DNA of 64,000 nt, from the NCBI GenBank assembly GCA_976226885.1, contig OZ320320.1, forward strand, positions 66,030,001 through 66,094,000. The letters run 5' to 3'. The translations under genes and the position numbers were made by a program. The notes beneath the pieces are model-generated. The model made no database searches. It saw nothing but the letters and a program-made list of their open reading frames with translations, and had not been told where the DNA came from. Positions 14,001-26,881 of this stretch are shown here, one piece after another (position 1 is the stretch's first letter; every line of letters starts with the position of its first letter). The stretch is from Iphione sp. A-MEVVRFRX5 (Eukaryota).

Positions 14001-15404
14001 CGAGAAGTGGAAAATTGAAACAGCTGGGCACGTCTCCATCAGTACTATGGGAAAAGCTTATAACCAAATCACTTTCTGTTAATAAAACGATAAGTTCTGG
14101 CTATTTTTGCTTGAAATTTGAAGAGAAAAATAGGTTTAAAGATGGGTATTATTTTGATCTGAAATAATTATCCAAAAATAAAATCTAAGATTACAATAAA
14201 ATGCTTCTCTATACTCGTAAATATCTACTAGATATTCATAAGTTCCTTTTCCCTGAAAGAGTTAACACGAAAGAGTTACGGATAATTTCCCGAGCAGACA
14301 TTTCTAGATCGAACATTGTGAAGAAATATTTGGTGTGGCAGAGCATGAGCAATCACACTCGCTCTGCATATTCATAGAAAATTCTAATCATTATCTTTCA
14401 AAATGTTGCAAATCAGATCCATCGAGGGAACTTTATTCCGTGGGTACAAAATCACGTTTAGATATTTACCTAGACGTTTGTCACACGGAAGTTATCCCTC
14501 GTTTCGGGGATGAATTTCATCAGCTGTAATTTTTCCTGCTCGGAAAGCTGTAGGTGCAACACCGCAACTTTGATGGAGCGTCCGCTCCGCAAAGAGTTAA
14601 ACTCGTGGAACATCAATAACGTCAATATTTGATATTGGTCGCGAAGTGACAAAGCAATATTTCTTTCGGTCAGCTAGTACGAGCAGGTCGAAGGCGGCAT
14701 CACTTGAGTCGGTTTCAATATGTTTCAATATGTTTCAATATGTTTCCTTCACGAGCTGCTCGCTTCAGAGAAATGTCCACATTGTGGGTTCTGCTGTAGC
14801 CCATATGTTGGAAAGTAACCCCCGTTTCAAATAACGCTCAAATCTATGACCCAATACAGATTTTACAACAACTTTCAATCGAGTCTTACACGTGACGACC
14901 GCACCCATTCTGAATTAAAATATCAGCTTTATAGGCCATATAGATATAAAGTATGTATTCGTTGGTATAAAGCTGAAATAATTGTCCTTATGTGTCCTTA
15001 TTGCACCCTGCAGGGAGGGAGTATGCATGTACAATGTACTTTATTCACTGTAACTATGGAGTATGTCTTAGATACCTTCCTGCAGTTAGTTCCAGCGGTT
15101 GATGGTTCTAGTTTGCGAGGACTTTATTAACACAGAACAAAAACCATGCACCATTTGCAATGCATCAATTCAATATATCCTTTTATTCATACAGTTACCA
15201 TAGGGATTTGTTTTCCGCAAGAACATCATGGCAACGTCTAAAACACAATCGGTAATACTTATCTTACATCCAACGTATTCGATATACCTAAATGAGGACC
15301 CCCTACTATCAACAGATCTAGAATGATTGTATATAATGAACGTAGATGACATGTGGGCGTGGCTGGGCGCCTCTGAGGCCGTCAGTCAAACATTCCCTGA
15401 GAAG

Positions 15405-15530
15405 TCAGACACTGTGTGAGGCCGCGGCGGGGCTGTCACACCCCGCGCGCGAGCGCTTCCTTCCTGTAGTGTGTGTACCCTCCATTGGAGGCGCCACTGC
15501 AGCCGTCACCAGATCACAGCTCGTCACAAA
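15405..15530 (-). CDS. Candidate terminal exon (FVTSCDLVTAAVAPP...ASHSV*)
   Basis: Acceptor TCTCTCGGTCCGACGTGTTCCCCCCCGCAG at 15531. It is phase-0 compatible with the donor at 16118. No homology was recognised. Confidence 0.25.
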   Translation of the reverse strand, partial: FVTSCDLVTAAVAPPMEGTHTTGRKRSRAGCDSPAAASHSV

Positions 15531-16118
15531 CTGCGGGGGGGAACACGTCGGACCGAGAGATAACAGCAACAAACCGGCGCAACGGACGCACTTCACAGAG
15601 GAACCACTTTATTTTCGGGATGTGGGGGGGGGATGCGGTGGGTTGGGGCGTGGGTGGCGTGTGGATGGGTTGGGGGGGGGCGTCTAATGTGAGAGATGGA
15701 AGGAAGAAGTAAGGAGGGGCACATATAAAGAACACGCACTACCATCTACCCTCCGTATTCTCTGCCTGCATGGAAGAACACAGAACTAAAACACTCTACG
15801 AGGAGCCGGTGGAAACGCATGTGACCGTTTGTACAATATTGTCACCCGGTGTTTTTTTTTCTGTACGAATGGAATCATCATACCAAACAACATCCTTGGG
15901 GAGACAAATCACAAGAAATTCATCATTTTCCACGTAATGATACATAACGATCCTCATAATAAGTGGATATATGTAATATTATTTTTGCTGGTGACGATAT
16001 TGATTCACTGCTGACGGCAAAAAAATTCCGCGTTGATCGATAATTTTCGGCGTACATATGAGCCTGTCTGATACGATAAGACTGCTAAATGGGAACAAAA
16101 TAACGATATGTTTCTCAC

Positions 16119-16261
16119 CGAAGGGTCTTCGGGGGACACGGCGATGACTTGTCTACATGCGTCGTTCTCGTTGTCGTCGTTACTGTCGTCACCGTCTCTG
16201 TTGTCGTCGTCGTCGTCATCGTCGCCGTCGTCGTCATCGTCGTCGCCGGGGCGGTAGCTAG
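16119..16261 (-). CDS. Candidate exon with Asp-rich (alternatively Thr-rich) low-complexity coding / (GAC)n-derived repeat
   Basis: The minus strand reads SYRPGDDDDDDGDDDDDDDNRDGDDSNDDNENDACRQVIAVSPEDPS, followed by donor GTGAGA at 16118. Acceptor TGTAG/CTAG at 16258-16263. It could be just an interrupted microsatellite. Confidence 0.3.
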
Positions 16262-19200
16262 CTACACATCCAAGTTACGAAATGATAGTGTTTGGGAGCA
16301 CAGTCATACACCATAGCACTTATTGACAATTAGATGGAAAGGTCCGGTGCAAACTGCAGCTGGCCTACTGACTAGTCCACGACCAAATTTCTACAATTTC
16401 CAGCGGCTGGCCGACTTGAAAGGAAATTGACGGTCGAATATGAACTTGGTGGCTTTAAAACTTAAAAAATAAAATAGCGAATAGACTGATCAATCAGAGT
16501 AGTGATAGGACTTGACTGACCCACTGGGTGATTACTGACCGGGTACTGACTGACTGTCCCGCTGTGAATAAGGTCTGTATACGTAGGAGTCCAACCAGTC
16601 AGCAATAGGCAGTGAATGTGTACCTACAGGCTAGACCTCATCCTCATGTACCTGTGTTTTCATGGGGGCTATACATGTCCATCTTCTTCCACGTTCTTTG
16701 CATCTATGCTTGACTGCTGCAGTGTCTCAATGTGTCTAGGGGAATCAGGGATGGACACGGACAGACACAGACAGACATGGACAAATGTGGACTGATTGGA
16801 ACATGTGCCAAATTTTCACTGCGCACAAACCATGTTTGCCTTCAAACAATTGGATATATCTGTCTGTCTTTGTCCATCTTTGTCCATGTTCATCTATACC
16901 CCCCCCCCACCTTTCCTCCGGATAAACAGCTTCATGAAGCGGCATGGGAACATGAAGATCTAGCCTTAATGTAGGTATTCTGCTGAATATTGTCATAATA
17001 TGACATTACATTCTGCCGCAATCCCTGCCAGAATGGCAGGCGTCTAGATATCAATAGGGATAACAGCGTAAATAATTTCTACTTCTTAGGTAAGAGCGGA
17101 TGTTTCTCAACGACTAGCACTCACTGGAAGATAGATATTCGATAATCGACGTAGCTTTTTAGAGTTACAATTTAGAGTGTACAGATCTTTATCAACTTGA
17201 CCAGGATTAGGTCGGGCGTAGCAAAATGTTTAATACCGAAGAAACCTACTTATTCCTATGATTTTCCCTGCAGTTCATAGCAATTGACCCAATTATACTT
17301 GAAGTGCTAAAGATTAACCTACCATTTGTATATAGATAACAGCATGTGGCGCTTAATTACATAATACTGTCATTGAAAAGATAAGTTGTGTTTCACAGTT
17401 GGAATTAACTTTTTCTTTTGTTTCCCAAGTTGCCGCATACCATCCATGTCACCTTTACCTTGGAGCAGCCAGACTGCGAGGCAAACTAACCATTCTCTCG
17501 TTCTGGTAAGGGATTTTGCTTTACGTCGAGAGCCTATGTCTTAGTTATAGAGGATATATAAAACGATAGAAAGAGTCTAGCATATCAGAGAAGAGAAAAG
17601 CCGGAGAACATCTGATAATAATGTATCGAAAAATATGTGGATATGAATATATCTGACTAACTGTATAATCTAATGTAACACGTAAAGGTCGACTGCATTC
17701 GCAGCGCCTCTACTGGACACAGTCTGTGTAACCGCCATTGATGTATGCATTTCCATACGGAAGCACTCTCTTCAAAATTCTCTATTCCATTGTACATGTA
17801 CATGGACTCCTCGTTTCTATGGGCCTTTGCTTGTACCAGAAGCCAGAGAGTCTTTCAGGTAAAATGTTCACAAACAAGAAAGTCTTCGTTAAAGATTTTG
17901 TGTCCATAGGTATATACCTATGGCTGCGGCAAAGTCAGCGTATTGTGTTCTCTCCTTGAGTCCGTTGATGGGTCAAAAATAATCTTCCCTGGTCGTCTCG
18001 ACTAGTTTGCCAATAATTACGTTAATCTTAATGAGGGCAATTATGCGTTGTGATTGAGTCGGGGGGTGTATACTCGAAACTTCAAGAGCTCTACCCTAGA
18101 GTGAGCGCGTAGTCAAAAGGTTCTTTGAGGTTGGTATTCTTCAGTGCAATAATACCTTATAAGAACTCTTGTCGCCTCAAGAGCGAGAGAAGAGAAGAGA
18201 ATGGGTGTTGAAGCTGTATGACTGATAACGTATCACGATTACCACTAGAGGTTCAAACTGTCGTCTGCAGTAGCACATTGTATATATCTCGATAATTCTT
18301 CGGACGCATTGTCATGGAGTTCACGGTCAAAATTCGCTTGACGGTCAACCTTGCCTTCTCCAATAGTCTTACTTTTTTTGCAGATGACCAATGCAACGTT
18401 GAAATTCATAGGGACAGCAGCACTCCATATATATACTGTGTACATGTATATATGTATATATATATACTGATTATGTATTATTTGTCCGTGACAGGTATCC
18501 ATATCGCCCTCACTTGTAACGGATACGGATGACGTCACACTGAGCGTATCTTTCACTTACTCAGCCACCTCAAGATGTCGCGGTGGTTGGTTGGTGGGTA
18601 AGTGGGTGGGTTAGGGTGGCTGGGGATGGGGTGGGGGTAGGGGTCGGTGGGTGCTTGGTCCAGGTTGGCTAAAGCACACTAAGCTGTCAGGTAGTGTGGG
18701 TGCAGATAGATGACCACGTCTGTAGAGGAGTTGGTCAATAGTTGGCGATTACAAATCTACGGCTACGAATTGATTTGGCCAGGAAAAGTCTAAGACTTGG
18801 ATAGTGCCAGAGCTCTAGTGGGACGAGGAGTTCTCCAGCAAGGACTTGGAGGGATTTAGTTCGATAAAATAGAGGCTTTTAAAAGGGGCATGTTGCAGGT
18901 AATAGCGCCAGTTGTGTGTTTGTTGCAGGTAGCCTTACTAGATGAGCATTTTATTTGTTTGTACTTACAAATACCCAGCAGCAATCAACTTACCACAGAA
19001 AGTAGTCTACGTGAGACCTACGATAAATGTTAGTGGGAATAGGATTCGGGTTGTGGTTTACAATCGGTTTTGTGAGACAGCCGCTGTGAGAAGCAGCATT
19101 GGGGTTGTTTCAATCTTGTACTTTATTACTTTTAATAGATGCTTTTAAGCAATCAGCATCCCGAGATCCAAGGTTAGCGCGGCTTCCAAGATCACTAGGA

Positions 19201-19700
19201 TGCATCAATTAGACTACCAAAGAGACCTATGGGCGTGGGAGGGAAGAGAACTCGAAATTATCATTTACCCAGTGATCATTAATCAGCTTTTCTGTTGTCG
19301 TGCAAATAAAGGGTTAACAGAAGGCGGTATTGGTTATAATAATTCCAAGCATTTTGAGCCTGGTGGTAAATCTTTTAAAGAGCCATGTTCTAGTCTTGTG
19401 CATGTGGTGTGGTTGGTGTATGTACTTATACATCCAAGTATATGATAGAACTAAGAAGGGGTATACTTGTGTGACGTAAGAGTGACTGAGCTAGACAATT
19501 TGACTCATGAAAAAAAAATTGGTAGTGTCATAATGAAGAGGACGGGATGGAGTTAGGTTGGGTGATAAGGGATTTAGATTGACTGGGATACAACGAGATC
19601 GTGACAACTGAACCCAAACTTGGTGTATGTTAGGGTGGGCGGGCAAACGGGGGGATATGGTGTGAGGGAGGGGGGTGTTAGGTCAGGCCAGGCGGGCCTA

Positions 19701-21053
19701 TCATCGGCGAGCAGCTGCGGCCACCATGTTACACAGTGTGTCGAGCTTCTCGTCCATGCCCTTGAGTCGCTGCTCCATGTCTCCGACGCGCGCCTTTAGC
19801 TCCTGCTGGCGCAGGTCGAGCTTGAGGCAGGCCTCGTGCATGTTGTTCTGCATCTTACTCATCTCAACCAGGGTGATGGAGCTGTCCATCAGACGGCGCT
19901 GCTCCTGCTTCACCTCGCGGATGGAGTGGATGGCCTTGAGCAGCTTGCGCTGGTGCTTGCGCACCACGCTCGTCTTATGGAGCTTCTTGTTCTTGTAGAT
20001 GAACCAGCCGGCCTTCAGGATGTTAGCCGCAGCGTGCTTGTAGCGTTTGTCCAGTTCCACGTCGATGACGAAGTTGTGCACGTACTTCTCGGCGCGCGAC
20101 AGCTCGAGCTTGCGCGCCAGCACGGCGACAACGAGCGCCGTGCATCCGGCACCGAACACGCCGGTGAGGACGGCGATGCCGCGACCGCAGTACGAGTTGG
20201 GCACGATGTCGCCGTAACCTACGGAGAGGAAGGTGATGGCGATGAGCCACATGGAGTTGAGGAAGTTGGCGTGCACCTCGTCGTGGTACATCTCGCAGGC
20301 GCGTAGCAGCCAGCTGGAGATGACCAGAGCGGACGTCATGAGAACGGTCAGCACGTACTCGGGATAGAGCGTCATCATCGACTTGAAGATGAACTTGAAG
20401 TTGAAGTGGATACGGTTGAGCGCACCCAGACTCTGCGAGGAGGCATCCGTGAAGAGCTTGCTGTGAAGCATGAGCACGCGGCACAGGAGGTAGAAGCGCA
20501 GGAACATTGGCATGGAGAAGATAACGTCGACGGGCACGATGACATGCGTGATCTCGTGCCGGTTGGCGTCGAGATTGGCCATGTCGAAGTCGTAGTCGCC
20601 CGGGATGGGATGGATGGCGTACGTGGTCAGCTCGATCATGATCTTCAGCACTCGCTTGCGCGACATGGCGAGCCGCCAGTCCTCCACCGAGTTGTCGCAC
20701 ATGAAGAGCTTGACGTCGAGCGCGTGGTACCACACGACGAAGCCGAGCAGCGTGACGGTGGAGATGGTGATGCAGGACTTGACGAGCAGCGAGGCCGTGT
20801 CGGATTTGGTGTAGACGCCGCCCATGAAGAGCTCCGTCTCGGCCACCATCAGCACGATGCCCACCATGGCGAAGAAGAGCGCAAAGTCGCACACCACGCG
20901 CCGGCGCCGGAAGAGCTCCTTGCGCTTGGCAAGGCGGTATCCCACGTTGTCGTACTTCCTCTCCGGCTTCTCCGAGCTGTCCTGTGTGTACCGGGCGAAG
21001 CCGCCATTGCGACCCACCAGTGGGATGCCAGGGTCCTCCACCACGGTCGTCAT
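19701..21053 (-). CDS. KCNN: Small-conductance calcium-activated potassium channel (SK/KCa2-like), 450 aa, single coding exon
   Basis: Six hydrophobic TM segments, S4 region FLRFYLLCRVLMLHSKLFTDASSQSLGALN, pore WLIAITFLSVGYGDIVP, S6 GAGCTALVVAVLARKLEL, calmodulin-binding domain AEKYVHNF...AAANILKAGW...KHQRKLLKAIH, and a C-terminal coiled coil. The ORF is uninterrupted from ATG to TGA. Confidence 0.97.
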   Translation of the reverse strand: MTTVVEDPGIPLVGRNGGFARYTQDSSEKPERKYDNVGYRLAKRKELFRRRRVVCDFALFFAMVGIVLMVAETELFMGGVYTKSDTASLLVKSCITISTVTLLGFVVWYHALDVKLFMCDNSVEDWRLAMSRKRVLKIMIELTTYAIHPIPGDYDFDMANLDANRHEITHVIVPVDVIFSMPMFLRFYLLCRVLMLHSKLFTDASSQSLGALNRIHFNFKFIFKSMMTLYPEYVLTVLMTSALVISSWLLRACEMYHDEVHANFLNSMWLIAITFLSVGYGDIVPNSYCGRGIAVLTGVFGAGCTALVVAVLARKLELSRAEKYVHNFVIDVELDKRYKHAAANILKAGWFIYKNKKLHKTSVVRKHQRKLLKAIHSIREVKQEQRRLMDSSITLVEMSKMQNNMHEACLKLDLRQQELKARVGDMEQRLKGMDEKLDTLCNMVAAAARR

Positions 21054-21420
21054 GTCGGCCTGCAGGGAGTCGTCGGGCCCACGCCGGGTCGGGTCGGAGG
21101 GCCGCCGGAGGACGGGGGTCGTGTGGCCGCGTTCACGGCGGTCAGTCGGCAGGGGTCAGCACCGGAGCCGGATGTCAGTGAACGACGCGCACCCGACTAG
21201 ACCCCAGGCGGGAGGGCGGGCGGGCGGACGGGCTCGCGGCGGAAGCGAGAGTGCGGCGAGCACACTGCGCGCGCACTACTCACCAGCGACGTCTGGCGGA
21301 GGTCGAGCGGATCAGCACCGACGTGAGAAAACTCTGTAACAGAAGCAAACTGACGGTTAATGACTCCTCGGCGGATGTTCGACACCTGCTGCTAGGCAAT
21401 TTGACAGAAGGGTTAATAAC
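21054..21420 (-). promoter_or_regulatory. CpG-rich 5' region of the SK gene (5'UTR/promoter)
   Basis: GC/CpG-dense segment directly upstream of the ATG, with GGGCGG boxes near 21210-21230. CCCTGCAG|GCCGACATG may be a 5'UTR splice acceptor. Confidence 0.5.
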
Positions 21421-24400
21421 GTGTCAGGCGCGCCTACACTTCCCAAGAAACTTGTCTAGAGGGTTTTCTGTTAATTAAAATCCTTTTTTTATGTAAGGAT
21501 CGAAAGATACTACAAATTTTGAAGCTCATTCTTAGTTATCACATATTATACAATATAAATATTTGTATATTAGATTAGAATGATGTACGCCCTCATAATC
21601 TCCATGTCGTACCTTATTGTATATACATTAATACATTTATATTTATATATATGAAGACTTATGTGTTATATGCTTTATTAATGTAGCATACGCATATAAG
21701 ATAGGCGTATATGTTAATCTATGACAATATATGTACATGCATAAGGATAATTCTTCTATACAGCACCAATCATTGAAGTCACCTATAGGTACACTTAGAC
21801 TGCGTCTTAACAGAACACAATGTTATTGGACGACTTTTCCTCTGTTCTTTTAACATTTCCAGTTATTTTATGCCTACCTCATCTACTTTCTGAATCAGAT
21901 TTTTTTCCTCAAAGGACGGGTAAAAAGCACAGAATTTTGAAAAATGGCTTTGATTACCAGGAAAGTGTCAAGGCGCAAGTAAGCTTATCAGAATTCCATT
22001 ATTCAATCACCTAATAGAACTGTTAAAAGAATCCTCCCTGAAGACATTATGTTCCTAATGGAATGGAGGTTCATGTTCAGTTTATTAACAACTGCATCCT
22101 CCATTCCCATTGTGTCTGAAGGACGTGTTCGGTTTCCTCTCGAAACTGAGTTTATTTGAGTGTGCAAAAAGGGTTGATAAATTGATTTCGAAGGTGATTG
22201 ACAGTCAATTGTATTACATTTCGGGAGTCTATGACCAGCGTCCAGCACATTTGCCATTGTGTGACATAAATTGTTTTCCAAGTGAGTGCAAGAATTCTGA
22301 GCAAGTAAACAAACTGACATGGGGCTGTCAACGACAACGAAAAATCTATTTTTCAGGGCTCAATATAGCTATATTAGCTTTTGTTCATAACACATATTAC
22401 TGTCCCTGTTCTGCGCCGTCGACACAAACCTTCATCTGGTTTGGCTTTTTGCTGCCGCTATCGGAAAACGTAGCAATCTAGAAAGTGTGTTTAAATCCAG
22501 GCATGTTACTCAAAAGTCAAGGAAGCGATTGTCATCTAATGTAAATCAGCCACGTCAGCGGGTGGCTGGCCAAACAAGAAGCTGCCATGAGTTCCCCCAC
22601 CCCCCGATTATTACAGAAGCTGTTCATTTGGTGAACAAGCGACTCCTGCCTCCTCTGCGGCCTCATGGCAAAGGGGTGCAAGGCGGGCTTGTAACCTGAA
22701 CTGGGAGGCTGTCCTCGGGGGCGACCATTAATGAAAGGTGATGGTTAGCTAATTGGCGTCTTCACGGAGGCCCATAACGCCATTTCACGCCCCATGTGGT
22801 GGCAACACCAGTTCTCGTCAGATTTAATCCTAGCGGCGGGCCAAGGGTGATCCATCATTGCCGTCAGAGGTGTGTGCTAAGTCGGCGCCAGTCGCGCTCA
22901 GTCGGACGATCGCGTTACAAATGAGGAGGGCGATGGGATAAAAAAAGGTAGGTGTGTGTGTGTGTGGGGGGGGGTCGAGAAGCCTGGTCGACAATTGCAG
23001 ATGGGAAGGATGCCGACGGGACATGTCATAATCGCCCGCAATATGAAGCCATATACGTCTTCTTACATCAATAGGTGCGTACGTGAGGTGTTACAGCCTG
23101 GATGGGGATCTATGAAATGAAAATGAGGTCAATATGTTATGCTTTTTCATATCTTACTCCGGCTGTCCATCGCTATGAGATAAATATTTTGTAAGAATGT
23201 TACACTGCAGCTTTCATCAATGCTATGACATGAGCAATATTTTTCTATATTGTTCTACAATTAACATTTCATCGGGGCATTGTGTTCTTTATTGCCTCAT
23301 AAATAATATATCAGATCCCAGTAAATCAGCCGCTGCATTGGTTTATTACCCCGTGATGAGCAATTACTGATGCATCACACCTCCGATCACATGACATCGT
23401 CTTCACCCGTCCTTCTTTGATCGATCAGGACGCTGTAGAGCGAGGTAATATGCAGGTACATTGAGGACTATGCTAGCATACACCCAATCCCCACATTAGA
23501 TGAGCCCGTCGAGTTTGTCCGGCCGCTCCTTAGACGGCGCCCGGTCGGGGAACGGCCATCCCTTCGGTACGGATCGGCGCTCAATTACTCGGCATCCGGC
23601 CTGCCTTATTAGTTTTGGCCGCAGGAATCAGATTTCCCCTGCCAACAAAGGTCGCGAGCAGCTTTGGCGAACATCGACCACTAATTGAATTGAGACTGCT
23701 CGTAGGTAGCTATACAAGGAGCAGCTCACTATACGGAGCACCACCCGACGACCACGCCCTCATCAGCAGCTGGTGCCACTGTCTCCCGCTGTTTTTTTTT
23801 TCAGGGGACATGTTTACATGCAAGTATACATACATGTGTATGTTAAGAACCTCTAATTCTGAGGTTCCCTTTTAATGTAGGCAATCTACCCTCCAGACAT
23901 GGAAAATAGAAGCCTTATATATTTTTTTTTCGGAAGGCGAGAATGAGTTACTGAGCCACGTATTCCCACTGAAACCTTATGTAACCTGTATTTTAACACG
24001 CCTACCTTCAGGGACAACCCTCATTATGGACTGTTCCTGAACAGTTGAAAACCACTGTCTGGAATAGAGAATGTATGTGGTACATGTATATACAAATATG
24101 CACAGTTAAACGTGACTCTCTGGTTAGCTAAACAATTCAGCGGCATAAGAAATCAGGTCACCCCAGCTCAGCCTGGAATTCTCCCTTACACCAGCAAATA
24201 CATGTTATTTACATGTATATGGAACATTCAATAGAAGGGTCAGAATGCCAGTTAGTTGACTGAATAGTTTTATAGCGCAATTTTACTATTCCAGTTAAAA
24301 AGGTTACTCTTATTTCATCATACTGCTGGTTAATTCTGATCCTCTCCCTTTTGGTGTTCTATAGCTTTTCGTTTTTAAGACTTCATTTAACCTGATCATT

Positions 24401-25493
24401 ATAACCCGGGTTTGAACGTTTATACAGTACATAAATAAGCATTATCCTTGTATGAGCCTAACATTTTTATGATGGTAGTGCTAAGCGCTTGTTATAGTTT
24501 GACTTACAGATGTCTCTCTGGTACTACAGAGGGAGGTCATTATTATATTACATGGCGGGAGCGGAGTAGGTCGGACTTTGCAGGATGTGGTCTCGAAAGC
24601 TTATCTAAAAAAGTACCGGTTGAAATACGAAATCGAAGGAAAAGGGACAAACATCTCGAGGATCAATAACCACACACTTATCTGCATAAACGACAAGCTC
24701 TTGTCCAGAGGATCCAGACCACATTCGCACACTGCAAAAGGAACAAGGAGATCCCACAACGGGAAGAGGAGGAAAATGTCAGGGACCATGATCCCCCGCC
24801 TCAAAACAAGGTCAGCAAAACGATGAGGTGCTCAAAAAGGACAAACGAGATGAACACGCAACGAGGTAGAGACTACGGAGCAGGCAAGACAGAGATGCGA
24901 GGATATAAAACGGGAAGAATTACCAAGAATCCCAATGTCAGCAAGAAAGCTACGAACAATCAAGGTACATGTTCTTGTGAAACGGGTGCTGGTCTGTGTC
25001 CCGTCACCCATGTTCTCTCGGACACACCGAATAATATTTCCGCGGGCCTTTCAAGCATTTCTGAGAAGTCCCTCTCACAAAAGAAGACGACAAGGTGACC
25101 AGACTGCTTCAATTATCCGACTACGAAGAGAATGATGGAGACGTATAAAGCTGTGGGTAGTGACTTCAAAGACCGGGGGACCGCCCAGCACTGAGACCAA
25201 GAACAGGAAACCCGGTAACAAAAGGAAACTGAACAGCACGTGCTCTTTGATTGAGGACACTGACAGTAAAATAGTGATGAGGATGACAACGCCCCTTGCA
25301 TTACGGATAGACCTAGCCTAAGGGATCTGATGGGGATGATGAGGAAGTTAATGGACCACTGAAGAAACATCGTTCCCAGGTCAGAACCAAATTGAAGGAA
25401 GTAAAGCCATAGATTGAAGGCACTCACGACGTACTTAAGGACAATAGCGGATCTGGTCATTGAGAATGCGACAGATATAGCATCAATAAGCCA

Positions 25494-25837
25494 GGGTTTC
25501 CATGTAAACATGTAGGCATGTCCGTGCATGGTGCATGCATGTTTCAAACCATGGAAAATGGGTACATAGAGTACCAGAAGGAGTGTGTCCATGTAGGCAC
25601 CTACTTGCATGTCTGTAACATGTCTGCATGGACCGTGTTTCAAAAATGGGAAATGTCCCGTTCTTCCATGAAAGACGCATGTCTGGCATGTGTATTTAGG
25701 AAACACTCATTGTTACAGGCATGTAAATATGAAAAACACATGCCATGGCATGTATATGATGATTATTGCAATAACAGAAACACGCCCTGACATGTTCTCA
25801 TATACATGGACATGCCTACATGCGTACATGGAAACTC
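25494..25837. mobile_element. CATG-rich MITE-like element with ~30-bp terminal inverted repeats
   Basis: Left end GGGTTTCCATGTAAACATGTAGGCATGTCC; reverse complement of the right end GAGTTTCCATGTACGCATGTAGGCATGTCC. No clear TSD, so the superfamily is undetermined. Confidence 0.55.
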
Positions 25838-25959
25838 GGCCTAAAAGAATGGGTATCAACTCTCAGACAGGAGAACGCACGACGACGGGCGGAGTCAGAG
25901 GCACACAGGGCGATTCAGTCATGCATCCAGCGAGACAGTGGGCCGGAGGTTAAAATCGA

Positions 25960-26350
25960 GCGGCTGGATGATGAAGAATAAGCCAGCGAGACGAAGGAAC
26001 ATCTGTATTGCTGGCGTCAAAGAAAAAGAAGGAGAAGCATCAATCACGTCGGTTATGGAAACTACTGAGAGAAATACAAGATCTGAGGATGTGGATCAGT
26101 GCTACCGGGTTAAACAGAAGAGAACCGCAGAACTCTCGTGTTACATGTATTTTTTCGTCTGTATAGACGGACGGATATGACGTCCCAAGTCATCAACGCA
26201 AGAAGTTTAGTAGTAAAGCTAAAGAGGACTTGACCGACCGACAACAAAAACGACCGTCTGACCTACGCTCAGAAGCCAAGATGTTCAAACTATTGGAAGC
26301 TAGTGTGGAGGACTGCAAGCTGGGTTATCCGTAGATCGAAATACAAGCAT
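25960..26350 (+). mobile_element. Decayed LINE ORF1 (L1/CR1-type RRM-CTD-like) remnant
   Basis: RRRNICIAGVKEKEGE...EDVDQCYRV and, downstream, KEDLTDRQQKR resemble the ORF1p motifs RRxNlxIxGvxE...DidrxHRl...EDLT..qr. The segment is broken by stops and frameshifts. Confidence 0.45.
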
Positions 26351-26881
26351 GAAAACCCGAAACATCTCACGAATGGATTAAGTCATGGAGAGTCACGAAC
26401 CCTAACTAGCAACACCATCGCGGCCTTTACTAGGGTGCCAATTGTTTGTCAAATAACCGCAATCAGAACTGAAATGGAGAGAAAGCAGATTCTGGCGTGC
26501 CGACCAGGCCTACCGATATCTGAGGGACTGTATATTCAAACTTCACACAGCAAGAAAATGAGACACTTCAGGACAGGACGGTCAAAAGGAATAGGCACCT
26601 GGGCCAAGAACAAGGTTCATGTCGTGAATGACTTACTGGGACACAAGTGGACCCAGGACAGCTGCGGCCACCAAGTAACTTAGTGCAGGGGATCGCCTAC
26701 CGGTCGAGGTTACAACGAAAAAATATTGGGGTACTGGAATAGGCCTATAGGACTTGGACAAAGACAAGTTGTTCTACAGGGTGAATATACATTAGGCCAC
26801 ATATTGGTAGAGGTGCGGAAGAATTATGTTGATGTGTTGAGAGAACAGACACATGGCTAGAATATGGTAACACAAGTCTTA

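Noticed and set aside
17430-17505. Exon-like segment with a good acceptor (TTTTGTTTCCCAAG) and donor (CTG|GTAAGG)
   Set aside because: It is short, has no recognisable product and no identifiable partner exons, so it cannot be supported without transcript data.
19836-21339. Long plus-strand and alternate-frame ORFs overlapping the SK gene
   Set aside because: They are antisense or frame shadows produced by strong GC3 bias.
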